This document shows, in pieces, positions 1-10,980 of a stretch of 64,000 bases of DNA. This stretch comes from an uncultured delta proteobacterium (lineage in GTDB: Bacteria > Desulfobacterota > Binatia > Binatales > Binataceae), in NCBI GenBank assembly GCA_963765675.1, contig CAVXXK010000001.1, positions 576,001 to 640,000 on the forward strand, read 5' to 3'. Under the pieces are notes generated by a model. It saw nothing but the letters and a program-made list of their open reading frames with translations, was not told the origin of the DNA and did no database searches. The first letter of the stretch is position 1; every line of letters begins with the position of its first letter. The position numbers and the translations under genes were made by a program.

Positions 1-660
1 TCGCCGCTGCGCGGTGATAACTGGTGGACGCCTAACGGTCCCGCGAACAACTCGATCCATCGCCGCACGATTATCGCGCTCGGCCCGGCGGTCGTGATTC
101 CGGAGCGCTACGCCGTCGATTGGGTGAAGCTCGGGGCCGACGGCAACTCGTTTCACGGTGATCCTAAAGAAAACGGCAATTACTACGCCTACCGATCAGA
201 GATTCATGCTGTCGGCGACGGCCGAGTCGTTTCCGTCCTCGACGGCGTTCCAGAAAACGTGCCGAACTCACCTACGATGGCGGTGACGATCACGCTTGCG
301 AATATCGCGGGAAACTCGGTGATCGAAGATCTTGGCGGCGGCCACTATGCGCTCTACGCGCACATGATTCCCGGCACTGTACGCGTAAAGCCGAGCGATC
401 ATGTCAAAGACGGACAGATGCTCGGGCTTCTGGGAAACTCCGGCAATTCAACCGAGCCGCATCTTCATTTCCAGATTTCCGATTCGCCTATGGCCCTTGG
501 AGGAGAGGGCTTGCCATTCTTGCTGAGCAGATTCACTCGCCGCGAATATCACATGGAGATGAAGGGCGAAAATCCTGCGAGTATGACTTTAGGCGCCACT
601 CACGAGATGATTCGGCAGACGTTTATGAATATGGATCTCGGCGATTTCGGCACGAACTAA
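1..660 (+). CDS. M23 family metallopeptidase, 5'-partial (frame open from base 1)
   Basis: Frame 1 is open from base 1 (SPLRGDNWWTPNG...RYAVDW) and contains the M23 motifs YAHM and GNSGNSTEPHLHF. Confidence 0.85.
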   Translation, partial: SPLRGDNWWTPNGPANNSIHRRTIIALGPAVVIPERYAVDWVKLGADGNSFHGDPKENGNYYAYRSEIHAVGDGRVVSVLDGVPENVPNSPTMAVTITLANIAGNSVIEDLGGGHYALYAHMIPGTVRVKPSDHVKDGQMLGLLGNSGNSTEPHLHFQISDSPMALGGEGLPFLLSRFTRREYHMEMKGENPASMTLGATHEMIRQTFMNMDLGDFGTN

Positions 661-705
661 ATCTGCGATGGAAGTCCCCGATACCCATGCATAGAAGTGA
701 TAATC

Positions 706-1815
706 GTGAAAGTTAAAGCCGCAGTCGCATCGCGGGCGGACGCGCCGCTCGAAATCACCCAAGTCGATCTCGAGGGTCCCAAAGCGGGCGAAGTTCTGGT
801 CGAGATCAAAGCGACCGGGGTCTGCCACACCGACGCATTCACGCTCTCAGGCAAAGACCCCGAAGGATTGTTTCCCGCGATTCTGGGTCACGAAGGCGCG
901 GGCGTCGTCGTCGAGATCGGGGCGGGCGTCTCCACGCTGGCGCCCGGCGATCACGTGATCCCGCTCTATATCCCGGAATGCCGCAACTGCGAGGCGTGCC
1001 TGTCGGGCAAGACCAATTTGTGCGTCGCGATTCGCGAGACCCAGGGCAAAGGCCTCATGCCCGATGGCACCAGCCGCTTCTCGCGCGGCGGCCGGATGAT
1101 TCATCACTACATGGGCACCTCGACCTTCGCGAACTACACCGTCGTTCCCGAAATCGCTCTGGCGAAAGTTCGCGCCGACGCGCCATTCGACAAGATCTGT
1201 TATATCGGATGCGGCGTGACGACTGGAATTGGCGCGGTGATTAACACCGCGAAAGTCGCTCCGGGCGATCGGGTCGTAGTGTTCGGAATCGGTGGTATCG
1301 GACTCAACGTAATTCAGGGCGCGCGGCTTGCGGGCGCGCGGATGATCGTCGCGATCGATCTGAATCCGGCGCGCGAGGCGATCGCGCGCAAGTTCGGCGC
1401 GACTGACTTCGTAAACCCTGCCGAGGTAAAGGGCGAGTTGGTGCCATATCTGATCGACCTGACACGCGGCGGCGCGGACTACGCGTTCGAGTGCGTCGGC
1501 AACGTCAAACTGATGCGCCAGGCGCTCGAATGCTGTCATCGCGGATGGGGCACTTGCGTGATAATCGGCGTCGCCGGCGCGGGCGAGGAAATCTCGACCC
1601 GTCCGTTCCAGCTAGTCACCGGACGCACCTGGAAAGGCACCGCATTCGGCGGTGCGCGCGGCCGCCGCGACGTCCCGAAGATCGTCGATTGGTACATGGA
1701 AGGCCGCATCAATATTGACGACCTGATTACGCATACGATGCCGCTCGAGCGAATCAACGAGGCGTTCGATCTGATGCACGCAGGCAAATCGATTCGCAGC
1801 GTCGTGACGTTCTGA
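706..1815 (+). CDS. frmA: S-(hydroxymethyl)glutathione dehydrogenase / class III alcohol dehydrogenase
   Basis: GVCHTD, GHEGAG, structural Zn motif CRNCEAC...[26 protein letters not shown]. Likely GTG start at 706. Confidence 0.95.
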   Translation: MKVKAAVASRADAPLEITQVDLEGPKAGEVLVEIKATGVCHTDAFTLSGKDPEGLFPAILGHEGAGVVVEIGAGVSTLAPGDHVIPLYIPECRNCEACLSGKTNLCVAIRETQGKGLMPDGTSRFSRGGRMIHHYMGTSTFANYTVVPEIALAKVRADAPFDKICYIGCGVTTGIGAVINTAKVAPGDRVVVFGIGGIGLNVIQGARLAGARMIVAIDLNPAREAIARKFGATDFVNPAEVKGELVPYLIDLTRGGADYAFECVGNVKLMRQALECCHRGWGTCVIIGVAGAGEEISTRPFQLVTGRTWKGTAFGGARGRRDVPKIVDWYMEGRINIDDLITHTMPLERINEAFDLMHAGKSIRSVVTF

Positions 1816-1822
1816 ACCTTCA

Positions 1823-2251
1823 ATGCATGCCGCGCGAAATCGCTCGAACATATGCGCCGCGGTCTTCGATGTGATCGCCGTGCTCGCGTGCGCCTTCGCG
1901 CTGGCAGGATGCTGGCCGTTCGGCCATAGCGGACCGACTCCGCAGCAGGAGTACCTAGACGCGCTCAACCACGGCCATTCAGCCGAGGCCAGCCAGATCT
2001 GGCTCAACATGTCGCCCGAGGATCGGGCAAAATGGGCGCGCAGCGAAGGCGTCACGCAGCAGGTCTCGCCGGACGAAATCAAAAAGCGGGTGATGCAGCA
2101 TTACCAGGACGAAGCCGGTTCCGAGCAGGAGGGCGACAGTGGTGTGACGCAGATTGTGCCGGCCGGAGGAGCCGGCTTGCAGAACCTGCCGTCGATTGCG
2201 GCCCCGACAAATTCAGCGCCGCCCGCTCCAGCGTCAGTCGTGCCAAACTGA
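1823..2251 (+). CDS. Hypothetical lipoprotein
   Basis: Hydrophobic N-region followed by an LAGC lipobox; Pro/Ala-rich tail. Confidence 0.6.
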   Translation: MHAARNRSNICAAVFDVIAVLACAFALAGCWPFGHSGPTPQQEYLDALNHGHSAEASQIWLNMSPEDRAKWARSEGVTQQVSPDEIKKRVMQHYQDEAGSEQEGDSGVTQIVPAGGAGLQNLPSIAAPTNSAPPAPASVVPN

Positions 2252-2262
2252 GGGTCACGCCA

Positions 2263-3417
2263 ATGGATTTTGGACTATCGTCCGAGCAGCAGCTTTTGCA
2301 GACAACCTTACGCGAATTCTCGACGCACGAGCTGCTGCCCGAATATCAATCGCGCGATCGCGACGCGGACCTGCCGCCGGCGCTGGTCAGCAAGCTCGGG
2401 GCGATGGGCCTGCTCGCGCCGATGGTGCCGGCTGCGCACGGCGGCTCGTCTCTGGATTTTGTCTCGCTCGGGATCGCGCACGAGGAAATCGCGCGCGGCG
2501 ATTTCAACGCGGCCTACGTTCTGCTGATTGCGGCTCTCGTCGGCTCGATCATCGCACGCAGTGGCGATGCGCGCCAACAGTCGGAGTACCTGCCGTCGAT
2601 CTGCCGCGGCGACGTGATCGCCGCGCTCGGCGTAACCGAACCCTCGGGCGGTTCCGACGCCGCGCACGTGAAGCTTTCAGCGCGCCGCGACGGCGACCAT
2701 TATATCCTCGACGGCGAGAAAACTTCGATTTCATTTTCCTCATCCGCCGCGACCGCTCTGGTAATGGCGCGCACCGGCACGCTCGAGCAGGGCGCGCACG
2801 GCGTCACCGCGTTCTATGTCGATCTCAACTCCTCGGGTGTCTCGCGCACGCGCTTTCGCGATCTCGGCTCGCGCGCGATCGGCCGCGGTTCGATTTTCTT
2901 CGACGCTGTTCGCGTGCCGGCCGCGGCGCGCGTAGGCGCCGAGGGCGCAGGCTTCGTCCAGGTGATGCAGGGCTTTGATTTCAGCCGCTCACTGATCGGC
3001 CTCATGTGTATCGGCGCGGCCGAGCAAAGTGTCGAGGAGACTTGCGCGTACGTTGCCGGGCGCGACGCGTTCGGCGGAAGCCTCGCGCGGTTCGAGGGCG
3101 TGTCGTTTCCGCTCGCCGAAGCCGCGGTCGAGCTGCGCGCCGCTCGATTGCTCTGCTACGAAGCGCTATGGCTTCGCGACCGCGGACAGCCGCACGGATG
3201 GATCGCGGCTGGCGCCAAGTGGCTCGCGCCGGAACTCTGCGCGCGCGTGCTGCATCAGTGCCTGCTCTTGCATGGGCACATGGGTTTCAGCCTCGAGCTG
3301 CCGCATCAGCAGCGGATGCGCGACGTGATCGGCCTCGAGATCGGCGACGGCACCGCGCAGATCATGAAACTCCTGGTGGCGCGAGAGATTATCGGCAAGG
3401 CGGCGCGGCCATACTGA
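2263..3417 (+). CDS. Acyl-CoA dehydrogenase (cyclohexanecarboxyl-CoA dehydrogenase-like)
   Basis: MDFGLSSEQ start, GVTEPSGGSDAA, GEKTSIS, RDVIGLEIGDGTAQIMK. Confidence 0.88.
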   Translation: MDFGLSSEQQLLQTTLREFSTHELLPEYQSRDRDADLPPALVSKLGAMGLLAPMVPAAHGGSSLDFVSLGIAHEEIARGDFNAAYVLLIAALVGSIIARSGDARQQSEYLPSICRGDVIAALGVTEPSGGSDAAHVKLSARRDGDHYILDGEKTSISFSSSAATALVMARTGTLEQGAHGVTAFYVDLNSSGVSRTRFRDLGSRAIGRGSIFFDAVRVPAAARVGAEGAGFVQVMQGFDFSRSLIGLMCIGAAEQSVEETCAYVAGRDAFGGSLARFEGVSFPLAEAAVELRAARLLCYEALWLRDRGQPHGWIAAGAKWLAPELCARVLHQCLLLHGHMGFSLELPHQQRMRDVIGLEIGDGTAQIMKLLVAREIIGKAARPY

Positions 3418-3424
3418 GGAACCG

Positions 3425-5846
3425 GTGATGGCGAACCGCCGATGGCCGATCTTGTGGAACGCGCGATGGATTTGGGCGCCGTCGAAGCGGCGGCGCGTCG
3501 CCGCGGTCGCCTCGAATCCGCTTCCTCCGCGCGAGACGTGGAACCGCTTCTGCTACCTGCGCAAATCGATCGACCTCGCGAGCGTTCCACGCTTCGGTTC
3601 CCGCGCGGGTAACCGCCGACTCGCGTTTCATCCTGTTCGTCAACGGAATCGAGGCAGCGCGCGGTCCCGCCCGCTCGACTCCGGCGCGCCTGGCATGGAC
3701 GGAGTTCGATCTCGCTCCGATGCTGATGCGCGGACGCAACACGATCGCGGCGCTGGTGAGATTTTACGGCGCACCGACGCCGTGGTGGATTCCCGCGCCC
3801 GCGAGCTTTACGCTCGGCTTCGGTTCGTTCGCCTTCGAAGCGCCCTCAATCGATCTGATTTCCGATCGAGACTGGAAAGCCGCGGACGCGCCCTACCGCC
3901 AGGACGTTCCTACACCGCCGATTCTGCCGCAGCCGCCACTTGAAATTCTTGACGGCGCGATGGTTCCGCGCGGATGGACCGGCGCCGACTTTGACGATTC
4001 GTCGTGGGAGAACGCGGCCGAGTTGATGGCGGCGACCTTCGCACCCAATCGCTTGCGGATTCCCGTCGAGCCCTACTCCGCGCCCGAGGCCGCCGATATA
4101 GCGCCGCTCACAACGATTCCAATCGGGTTCACCGAGATCGCGCGCCGCGCTCTGTCTTCTCTCGCAGGCGACGATCCGCTGACCGCCTATCCGGCTGTCG
4201 ACGCTCAACTCGGTACCGGCGCGGATGCGATCACCTATGACGCGGGCGCGATCACGCTCGCGACACCGTGGCTCGTGGTGCGCGGACCGTCCGGCTCGAT
4301 CGCCGACCTTTACGTGGGCGAGGATTTGCGGACCGACGGCAGCGCCGAAATCGCACCTCGATTTTACGCGACCCGCTACATCCTGGGCGGCCGCGAATCG
4401 GAACGCGTCGAAGGATTTGAAACGGTTGGTTTTCGATACTTGACCGTCGTCACGCGCGGTGGAGCGACGGTCGAATCCGCCGGTGCAATCGAGCGGCACT
4501 ACCCGCGCAGCGGCGATGCGCGCTTCGAATGCGACGATCTGCGCTTGAACAAAATCTGGCGAGTCGGGGCGCGCACGCTCGACCTGTGCTCGTCCGATGC
4601 ATTTATTGATTGCCCCGGCCGCGAGCAACGTGCATGGCTTGGCGATTCCTACATTCATGCGCTTCTCAGCTTTGTGACGAATTCCGATTGGCGGCTGGTG
4701 CGGCGTCATCTCCGAATCTGCGCGCATTCGGCGCGTACCGACGGATTGCTCGCGATGGTCGCGGCCGGCGATTTCGCAACTGCCTCGACCACGATTCCCG
4801 ATTACTCGCTGCATTGGGTTCGGGCGCTGGCGCGATATTTCGAATATTCTGGAGATTCCGATCTGATTCGCGAACTTGCGCCGGTGGCTCTGGGAGCCCT
4901 GGCCGCGTTCGAGCGCTATCGCGCTGACGACGGGCTGATACGCGGCATGCCCGGATGGATGTTCATCGACTGGGCGATGACCGAGCGGGCGGAAGTCACC
5001 GGCGCGATCGACGCACTCTACGCAGCCGCACTCGAAGACTTCGCCGTGCTCGCCGAGACCGCGCTCGGCGATACACGCGCGGCCGGCGACGCTCGCGCCC
5101 GCGCGCTTCGCACTCGCAACTCATTCGAGCTGCTCTGGGACGATCGCAGGGGCGTGTACGTTGATGCCGCCGATGCGAACGGACCGCGTCGGCGCGTGAG
5201 CCAGCAGACCAACGCGATCGCGATTGCGAGCGGATGTGCCCCGCGCGAGCGATGGCAACGAATCCTCGATTTTGTTCTCGACGAGTCGCGCCTGGTCGTG
5301 ACTCCGACCATCTCCGACAATCATGCCGCCTACATTGCGCAGCGGATGGATCCGGCCGAGTACTGCGAGTTCAGTCCGGAGAGAAACGTCGTCGCCGCGC
5401 AGCCCTTCTTTTCGCACGTTGTTCACGACGCGATCGTGCGCGCAGGCCGGCGCGATCTGCTCGCCGAGCGATGCCTCAAGTGGTGGCCGCAGATCGAGCG
5501 CGGCAACACCGCGTTCGAGGAGTATTGGAACGCGCGCTCCGGAACCGGCAGCCGCTGCCACGCATGGTCGGCAACTCCGACCTACGACCTGACCACGCAC
5601 GTGCTGGGAGTGCGTCCCTCAAAGCCGGGCTACGCTCAGGCGGAAATAGCACCGCTGTTCGGCGCGCTACGCCATCTCGAGGGCGCGGTCCCTACCCCCA
5701 AAGGGATCATCGAGGTCGCGCTTGATCGCGATCGCGGCGGCGAAGTGACGCTTCCGGACGGCGTCGATGCGATCGTCCGCTTCGACGACGCTCCACTGCG
5801 CGCCGCACGCCTCGGCGCGGGGCGTCATCGCATCGAACGCGCGTAA
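3425..5846 (+). CDS. GH78 alpha-L-rhamnosidase-like glycoside hydrolase, with a +1 frameshift near 3590
   Basis: The N-terminus (ARWIW...YLRKSIDL) joins VPARVTADSRFILFVNG after removing one base near 3590. Motifs DCPGREQRAWLGD, FIDW, SQQTNA and SRCHAWS are present. Confidence 0.8.
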
Positions 5847-5863
5847 TCGCGCGCTACGAAATT

Positions 5864-6641
5864 TCAGCGTGGCGCTTTGTCGATCAGATGCGCGGCGAAA
5901 CGCAGGCGGATGTAATCGGCGGTCCAGCGGCCGCGCTCGTCGCACAGAACCGGGCGCAACAGATCGATCGCTTCAGCTAGCGCCTTTTTTCTATCGGCAG
6001 GTTGTAGCGGCCGGAGAAAATTCTCGGCAAAGGTATCGAGCCATCCTTCAATCCCGGTCGGCAGCGGAGTAGGACGCGGAATGATGGCGAGATAATCGAC
6101 GGCAAAGCCGGCGCGCTCCAATCTTTCGCGGTAGTCGTCGGCGGTCGGAAAATACCACGGAATTTGAGCCGATCCGCTGATGCCGCGGCGCGCAAGCACC
6201 GCTTCGAGCGCGACGATTATCGCAGCTACGCATCCGTGTCCGCCGAACTCGCCGACGAATCTTCCGCCCGGCTTCAGCGCGCGCCCCACTCCGGCCAGCA
6301 CGCTGTCAGGCTCGCGCATCCAGTGCAGCGCCGCATTCGAGAACACCGCGTCGAATTCGGACTCGAACCGCAGCGACTGTCCGTTGACGACGTGTGCATC
6401 GAGACCGCGCGCGCGAGCTCCTGCTACCATCGCCTCGGACGCATCGACGCCCACGACGGCTCGCGCCTGCCGCCGCGACCTTTTCCGTCAACACGCCGTC
6501 TCCGCATCCGAGGTCGAGGATCCGCTCACCAGCGCGCGGCTGGAGCATCGCAAGCACCGGTTCGCCAAGGTCGCTAACGAACCTTGCATTGCGGTCGTAT
6601 GATTCAGGCTGCCAGGTGTTGAGTTGCTCTGGAGTACTCAT
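5864..6641 (-). CDS. Class I SAM-dependent methyltransferase, with a frameshift near 6459
   Basis: ILDLGCGDG lies in one frame and continues as VVGVDAS...FDAVFSNAALHW in the next. Confidence 0.85.
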
Positions 6642-6780
6642 TTCAGACGGACGCGGCGGCGGCTGCGCCTCTCTTCTTCGTATATGCGGCCTGATCGCGA
6701 GGCAAATCGCGCGCGCTTGCCGCCGCGCGCGAGTGCGAGTATTCCCTGCCTCACGAGGCGTACGCTTCGCGGAGGCGTCA

Positions 6781-7551
6781 ATGTTCATCGGAATCGATCA
6801 TGTCGTTATCGCGGTCGCTGATCTCGAGACCGCCATCGCGAGCTACGCTCACGCGGGATTCAGCGTCGTGCGCGGCGGCAAACATAATATCGGTACACAC
6901 AACGCGCTGATCGCATTTACCGACGGTTCATACATCGAGTTGATCGCATTCCTCAATCCTGTTCCCAGCCATCCATGGTTCAAGGCTCTCGAGCTCGGAG
7001 GCGGCGTGACCGACTTCTGCATGCGGACCGACGACCTTGAGGCCGACGTCGCAGCGTTGCGCCGTGCAGGCGCTGCGATTGGCGATCCGTCGGCGATGAC
7101 GCGCGACCGCCCCGACGGTTTCCGCCTGAGCTGGGTGCTCGCCATTCCGCAGCCTCCCTTCAGCGGGCAGTTGCCTTTCCTGATTAGGGACGAGACCCCG
7201 CGCGATGAGCGGGTTCCGCGCGAGCGATCACATCGCAACGGAATTCGCGGAATCGCACGAGTTACCGTCGCCGTCGAGAATCCCGCCGCGACCAGCAAAT
7301 ACTACGCGCGTGTGCTGGGACGTCCGGCTGCGCCGCGTCGACGCCTCGACCTGGATGCCTCGGGTGTGGCGTTCGTGATCGGTTCTTATGAAGTCGAACT
7401 GATGGCGCCGCGCAGCGAGCAAAGCCCACTCGCGCAGTGGCTTAAGGTGCGCGGGCCCTCGCTCTGGTCGGCGACCTTGGGTGCCGATGCGGGCGCGGGA
7501 AAGTTCAACGATACCGAACTGCTGCGCTCCGCGCGGCTCACGGTCGAATAA
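6781..7551 (+). CDS. VOC / glyoxalase-like family protein
   Basis: IDHVVIAVADL, GGKHNIGTHNALI, YIELI; GGAGG ribosome-binding site before ATG 6781. Confidence 0.85.
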   Translation: MFIGIDHVVIAVADLETAIASYAHAGFSVVRGGKHNIGTHNALIAFTDGSYIELIAFLNPVPSHPWFKALELGGGVTDFCMRTDDLEADVAALRRAGAAIGDPSAMTRDRPDGFRLSWVLAIPQPPFSGQLPFLIRDETPRDERVPRERSHRNGIRGIARVTVAVENPAATSKYYARVLGRPAAPRRRLDLDASGVAFVIGSYEVELMAPRSEQSPLAQWLKVRGPSLWSATLGADAGAGKFNDTELLRSARLTVE

Positions 7552-7573
7552 TCCAATCGAAGGACGCACCACG

Positions 7574-8548
7574 ATGGCGCAGCAGCAATTGAGCATCGGC
7601 TTCACGATCCCGCAGCGGGGCGTATTTTTTGGAATCTCAACCTGGCCCGAGATGATCGCGCTCGCCGCCGAAGCCGATCGCAATCCGCGCTTCGATTCGA
7701 TCTGGGTGGGCGACAGCGTGATGGCCAAGCCGCGGCCCGAATCGATCGCGCTGCTCGGCGCGCTGTCCTCGGCAACGCGGCGCGCAAAGCTCGGCGTCGG
7801 ATGTATGGCGAGCTTCCCGATTCGCGATCCGATTCTGTTCGCCTATCAGTGGTCCACACTCGATCTGATTTCGCAGGGACGGATGCTGCTCGCCGTGTGC
7901 ACGGGTATCGTCGCCGGCGGCGTGAGCGCGCGCGAGGGAGGAGTGTGGGGAATCACCGATGGCCAGCGCGGCAATCGGATGGCCGAGAGTATCGAAATCT
8001 GCCGTCGCCTCTGGACTGAAGACAATGTCAGCTTCGCGGGGAAGTATCGCTCGTTCTCGGGCGTGACGATAACCCCGCGACCGGTGCAGCGCCCGTGTCC
8101 GATCTGGATCGCGGCGAATCCGCCGCCGCAGATGGCGGAAAAGCCGCTGCGCCGCGTCGCGCAAATCGCCGACGGATGGATGACGGTGAACATCTTTCCG
8201 AAGCTCTTCGCCGCCAACTGGTCAAAGCTTGCGCAGTACTTGAAGGATGCGGGAAAGGATCCCGCCGCGTACCCAAACATCGCCTACCACAACATCAACA
8301 TAAATTCCGATCGCGATGCCGCGCTGGCGGAATCCAAACGCTTCCTGGACGAATACTACGGCCCGGTGTTCGCGCCGCCGATGGTCGAAGCCTGGACCGC
8401 CGCCGGCACGCCCGAGCAGTGCGCGGCCAGCCTGCGCGAACTTGCCAGCGATGGCGCAAAATCGATCACGCTGCGCATCACCGGATGGGATCAGGAAGGC
8501 CAGTACGAGCGACTGGTGAATGAAGTCCTGCCACGTGTTGATCTCTAG
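7574..8548 (+). CDS. LLM-class flavin-dependent oxidoreductase
   Basis: FDSIWVGDS, LDLISQGR, PRPVQRPCPIWIA, ADGW. Confidence 0.88.
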   Translation: MAQQQLSIGFTIPQRGVFFGISTWPEMIALAAEADRNPRFDSIWVGDSVMAKPRPESIALLGALSSATRRAKLGVGCMASFPIRDPILFAYQWSTLDLISQGRMLLAVCTGIVAGGVSAREGGVWGITDGQRGNRMAESIEICRRLWTEDNVSFAGKYRSFSGVTITPRPVQRPCPIWIAANPPPQMAEKPLRRVAQIADGWMTVNIFPKLFAANWSKLAQYLKDAGKDPAAYPNIAYHNININSDRDAALAESKRFLDEYYGPVFAPPMVEAWTAAGTPEQCAASLRELASDGAKSITLRITGWDQEGQYERLVNEVLPRVDL

Positions 8549-8592
8549 TGCTGCTCTTTCGCGCCGCGCGCTAGTGTAAGATCGACCGCGCG

Positions 8593-9984
8593 ATGGCGTC
8601 TCAATTCAACTTGCCGCGGATCGTGATCGCCGCGACCGCAAGCGGTGTCGGAAAGACCACCGTTACGGTCGGACTGATCGCTGCGCTGCGCGCGCGTGGC
8701 CTGCGCGTCCGCGCGTTCAAGTGCGGGCCTGATTACCTCGATCCGACTTATCACGCGCGCGTGCTCGGGCAGCCGTCGCAAAATCTCGATTCATGGATGA
8801 TGGGGCGCGAGGCAATTGTCACAACCCTTGCGCACGCCGCGCAGGACGCGGATATCGCGGTGATCGAAGGAATGATGGGGCTGTTCGACGGGACAACGCC
8901 AACGAGCGACGAAGGTTCCACCGCCGAGATTGCGAAGTGGCTCGACACTCCTGTGATCCTGGCGCTCGACGCGTCGGGAATCGCGCGCACGGTGTGCGCG
9001 GTCGCGGCGGGGTTCTCGCGCTTCGATCCCGCGGTCCGCGTGTCAGGACTGATCTGCAATCGCGTCGGCGGACAGGGGCATCTCGATTTACTCCGTCAGG
9101 CGCGACCCGAGGTTCCCGTCCTCGGCGGATTCCCTGACCAGCCCGAGCTTGCATTCCCTGAGCGCCATCTCGGCCTCTTGAGCGCAACGGAAAACGATGT
9201 GCCCGATGAACTGTTCTCCGCGTGGGCGCAGCTTGCGGCCGATTGGCTCGACCTCGACGCGATCGTCGCGATCGCGCGGTCGGCGCCTCCGCTCGCGGTT
9301 CCCGTTTCCTCGGAGCGCCCCGAGCATTCGCGGCCGCGATGCCGAATCGCGATCGCGTACGACGAAGCGTTCCACTTCTACTACGACGACAATCTTCGCC
9401 GGCTCGAGGAACTTGGCGCGGAGCTGATTCGCTTTTCGCCCTGCCATGACTCCGCCCTCCCTACGGCCGACGGCCTATACTTCGGCGGCGGCTATCCCGA
9501 AGCACACGCGAGCGAGCTCGCGGGGAACCTCGCGATGCTGTCGGAGATTCGCGCGTTCGCGGCGCGCGGCGGACCGATATACGCGGAGTGCGGAGGCCTG
9601 ATGTACCTGTGCGAGGCAATCCGCACCCTCGATGGAGAGCAATCGCCGATGGCGGCCCTGGTGCCGGGCGTCGCCGTGATGCAACCGGGCTTGCAGGCTC
9701 TTGGATACGTCGAGGTCGAGACGGGTGCGGAAACAATTCTCGGCCCGGCTGGAACACGCTTTCGCGGCCATCAGTTCCGCTACTCGACCCTCGAAAATTC
9801 CGGCAGTTCCCTTCGCGCGAGCCGCACCTACCGGGTGACTCCGCGATGGGGCCGCGGCGCATTCGACGAGGGTTTCACCTCGCGCAACGTGCTGGCCAGT
9901 TATGTCCATGCGCATTGGGCATCGAATCCGGAAGTCGCTCGCAGCCTGGTCGCGGCGTGCGAAAATTTCCGCAGGAGCCGCTAA
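8593..9984 (+). CDS. cobB: Cobyrinate a,c-diamide synthase (CobB/CbiA)
   Basis: SGVGKTT, FKCGPDYLDP, IEGMMGLFDG, PERHLGL; glutaminase domain GGGYPE and YAECGGLMYL; ASYVHAHW. Confidence 0.93.
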   Translation: MASQFNLPRIVIAATASGVGKTTVTVGLIAALRARGLRVRAFKCGPDYLDPTYHARVLGQPSQNLDSWMMGREAIVTTLAHAAQDADIAVIEGMMGLFDGTTPTSDEGSTAEIAKWLDTPVILALDASGIARTVCAVAAGFSRFDPAVRVSGLICNRVGGQGHLDLLRQARPEVPVLGGFPDQPELAFPERHLGLLSATENDVPDELFSAWAQLAADWLDLDAIVAIARSAPPLAVPVSSERPEHSRPRCRIAIAYDEAFHFYYDDNLRRLEELGAELIRFSPCHDSALPTADGLYFGGGYPEAHASELAGNLAMLSEIRAFAARGGPIYAECGGLMYLCEAIRTLDGEQSPMAALVPGVAVMQPGLQALGYVEVETGAETILGPAGTRFRGHQFRYSTLENSGSSLRASRTYRVTPRWGRGAFDEGFTSRNVLASYVHAHWASNPEVARSLVAACENFRRSR

Positions 9985-10026
9985 CCGCGCAAGACACGCG
10001 GCCAAAAAGAATCTAACATTCGATCC

Positions 10027-10878
10027 ATGAAGACCGATGATCCATCCAGCCCGGCGAGCCATCGCGAGGACCCGCCCGCCGCTCCGTTGACGCTCGAAGG
10101 TTTCAGCATCCTTCATCAGATGTTCAGGATCCGGCGCGCGCCGTGGCGAGCGCTCGCCGCGTCAGAGCGCGCCAGTATCGCGCACGAAGCATCGGCCGCG
10201 CTGCGCCAGATGGGCGAGCGCGAGGATGGCGAGTCGGCCTCGTTCGCGGGCCTGGGGCACAAAGGCGATCTGCTCCTGGTGCATTTCCGCCGCCGCTTTG
10301 ATGAGCTCGTCGAAGCGCAAACCGCTATCGGCAAACTCAGGCTCAGCGATTATCTCGAGCCGACGACCTCGTACGTATCGATGATCGAAATCGGGCTCTA
10401 CGAAGCGACGGTCGCGCTGCACGCTCGGCTGGCGGCGCAAAATATCCGTCCCCGAACACCCGAGTGGTACCGCGAGGTCGAAGCGGAAATCGCCGCGCAG
10501 CGGCAGAAAATCACGCCACGCCTGTTTCCCAAAATTCCACCGCGCCGCTATCTGTGTTTTTATCCGATGGACAAAAAGCGCGAGGGTGCCGACAACTGGT
10601 ATCGGCTCGCGATGGAGGATCGGCGCCGCCTCATGCACGAGCACGGACTGGTCGGGCGGCGGTTCGCGGGCGAGGTCACGCAGATAATCTCGGGATCGAT
10701 CGGTTTCGATGATTGGGAATGGGGTGTCGATTTGTTCGCCGACGACCCGCTGGTCTTCAAGAAGCTGGTGTACGAGATGCGCTTCGACGAAGCGAGCGCG
10801 GCGTACGCGAAGTTCGGTCCGTTCTATGTCGGCGTCAGGATCACGCCCGAGGAAATCGGAAAAATTCTAGCGGCCTGA
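10027..10878 (+). CDS. hemQ: Coproheme decarboxylase (HemQ/ChdC, chlorite dismutase-like fold)
   Basis: GHKGD, FYPMDKKR, NWY, MHEHG, GSIGFDDWEWGV, YEMRFDEASA..FGPF. Confidence 0.88.
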   Translation: MKTDDPSSPASHREDPPAAPLTLEGFSILHQMFRIRRAPWRALAASERASIAHEASAALRQMGEREDGESASFAGLGHKGDLLLVHFRRRFDELVEAQTAIGKLRLSDYLEPTTSYVSMIEIGLYEATVALHARLAAQNIRPRTPEWYREVEAEIAAQRQKITPRLFPKIPPRRYLCFYPMDKKREGADNWYRLAMEDRRRLMHEHGLVGRRFAGEVTQIISGSIGFDDWEWGVDLFADDPLVFKKLVYEMRFDEASAAYAKFGPFYVGVRITPEEIGKILAA

Positions 10879-10934
10879 AGAGAGTCCTCGTCCTAGCGCC
10901 GCCTGCGCGGAGATTTTCGCTCGAATCGCTCGTC

Positions 10935-10957
10935 GTAGTGGCGACTCGCGAGCCGCC
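10935..10957 (+). repeat. GTAG-type REP-like hairpin
   Basis: GTAG-T-GGCGACTC-GC-GAGCCGCC; a related copy lies on the - strand at 27120-27142. Confidence 0.55.
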
Positions 10958-10980
10958 TGCCTTCCCTTGCTCGAGTGGCG

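Noticed and set aside
3580-6470. Programmed ribosomal frameshifting in the GH78 and methyltransferase genes
   Set aside because: No slippery site or stimulatory structure is evident, and similar indels recur in unrelated genes.
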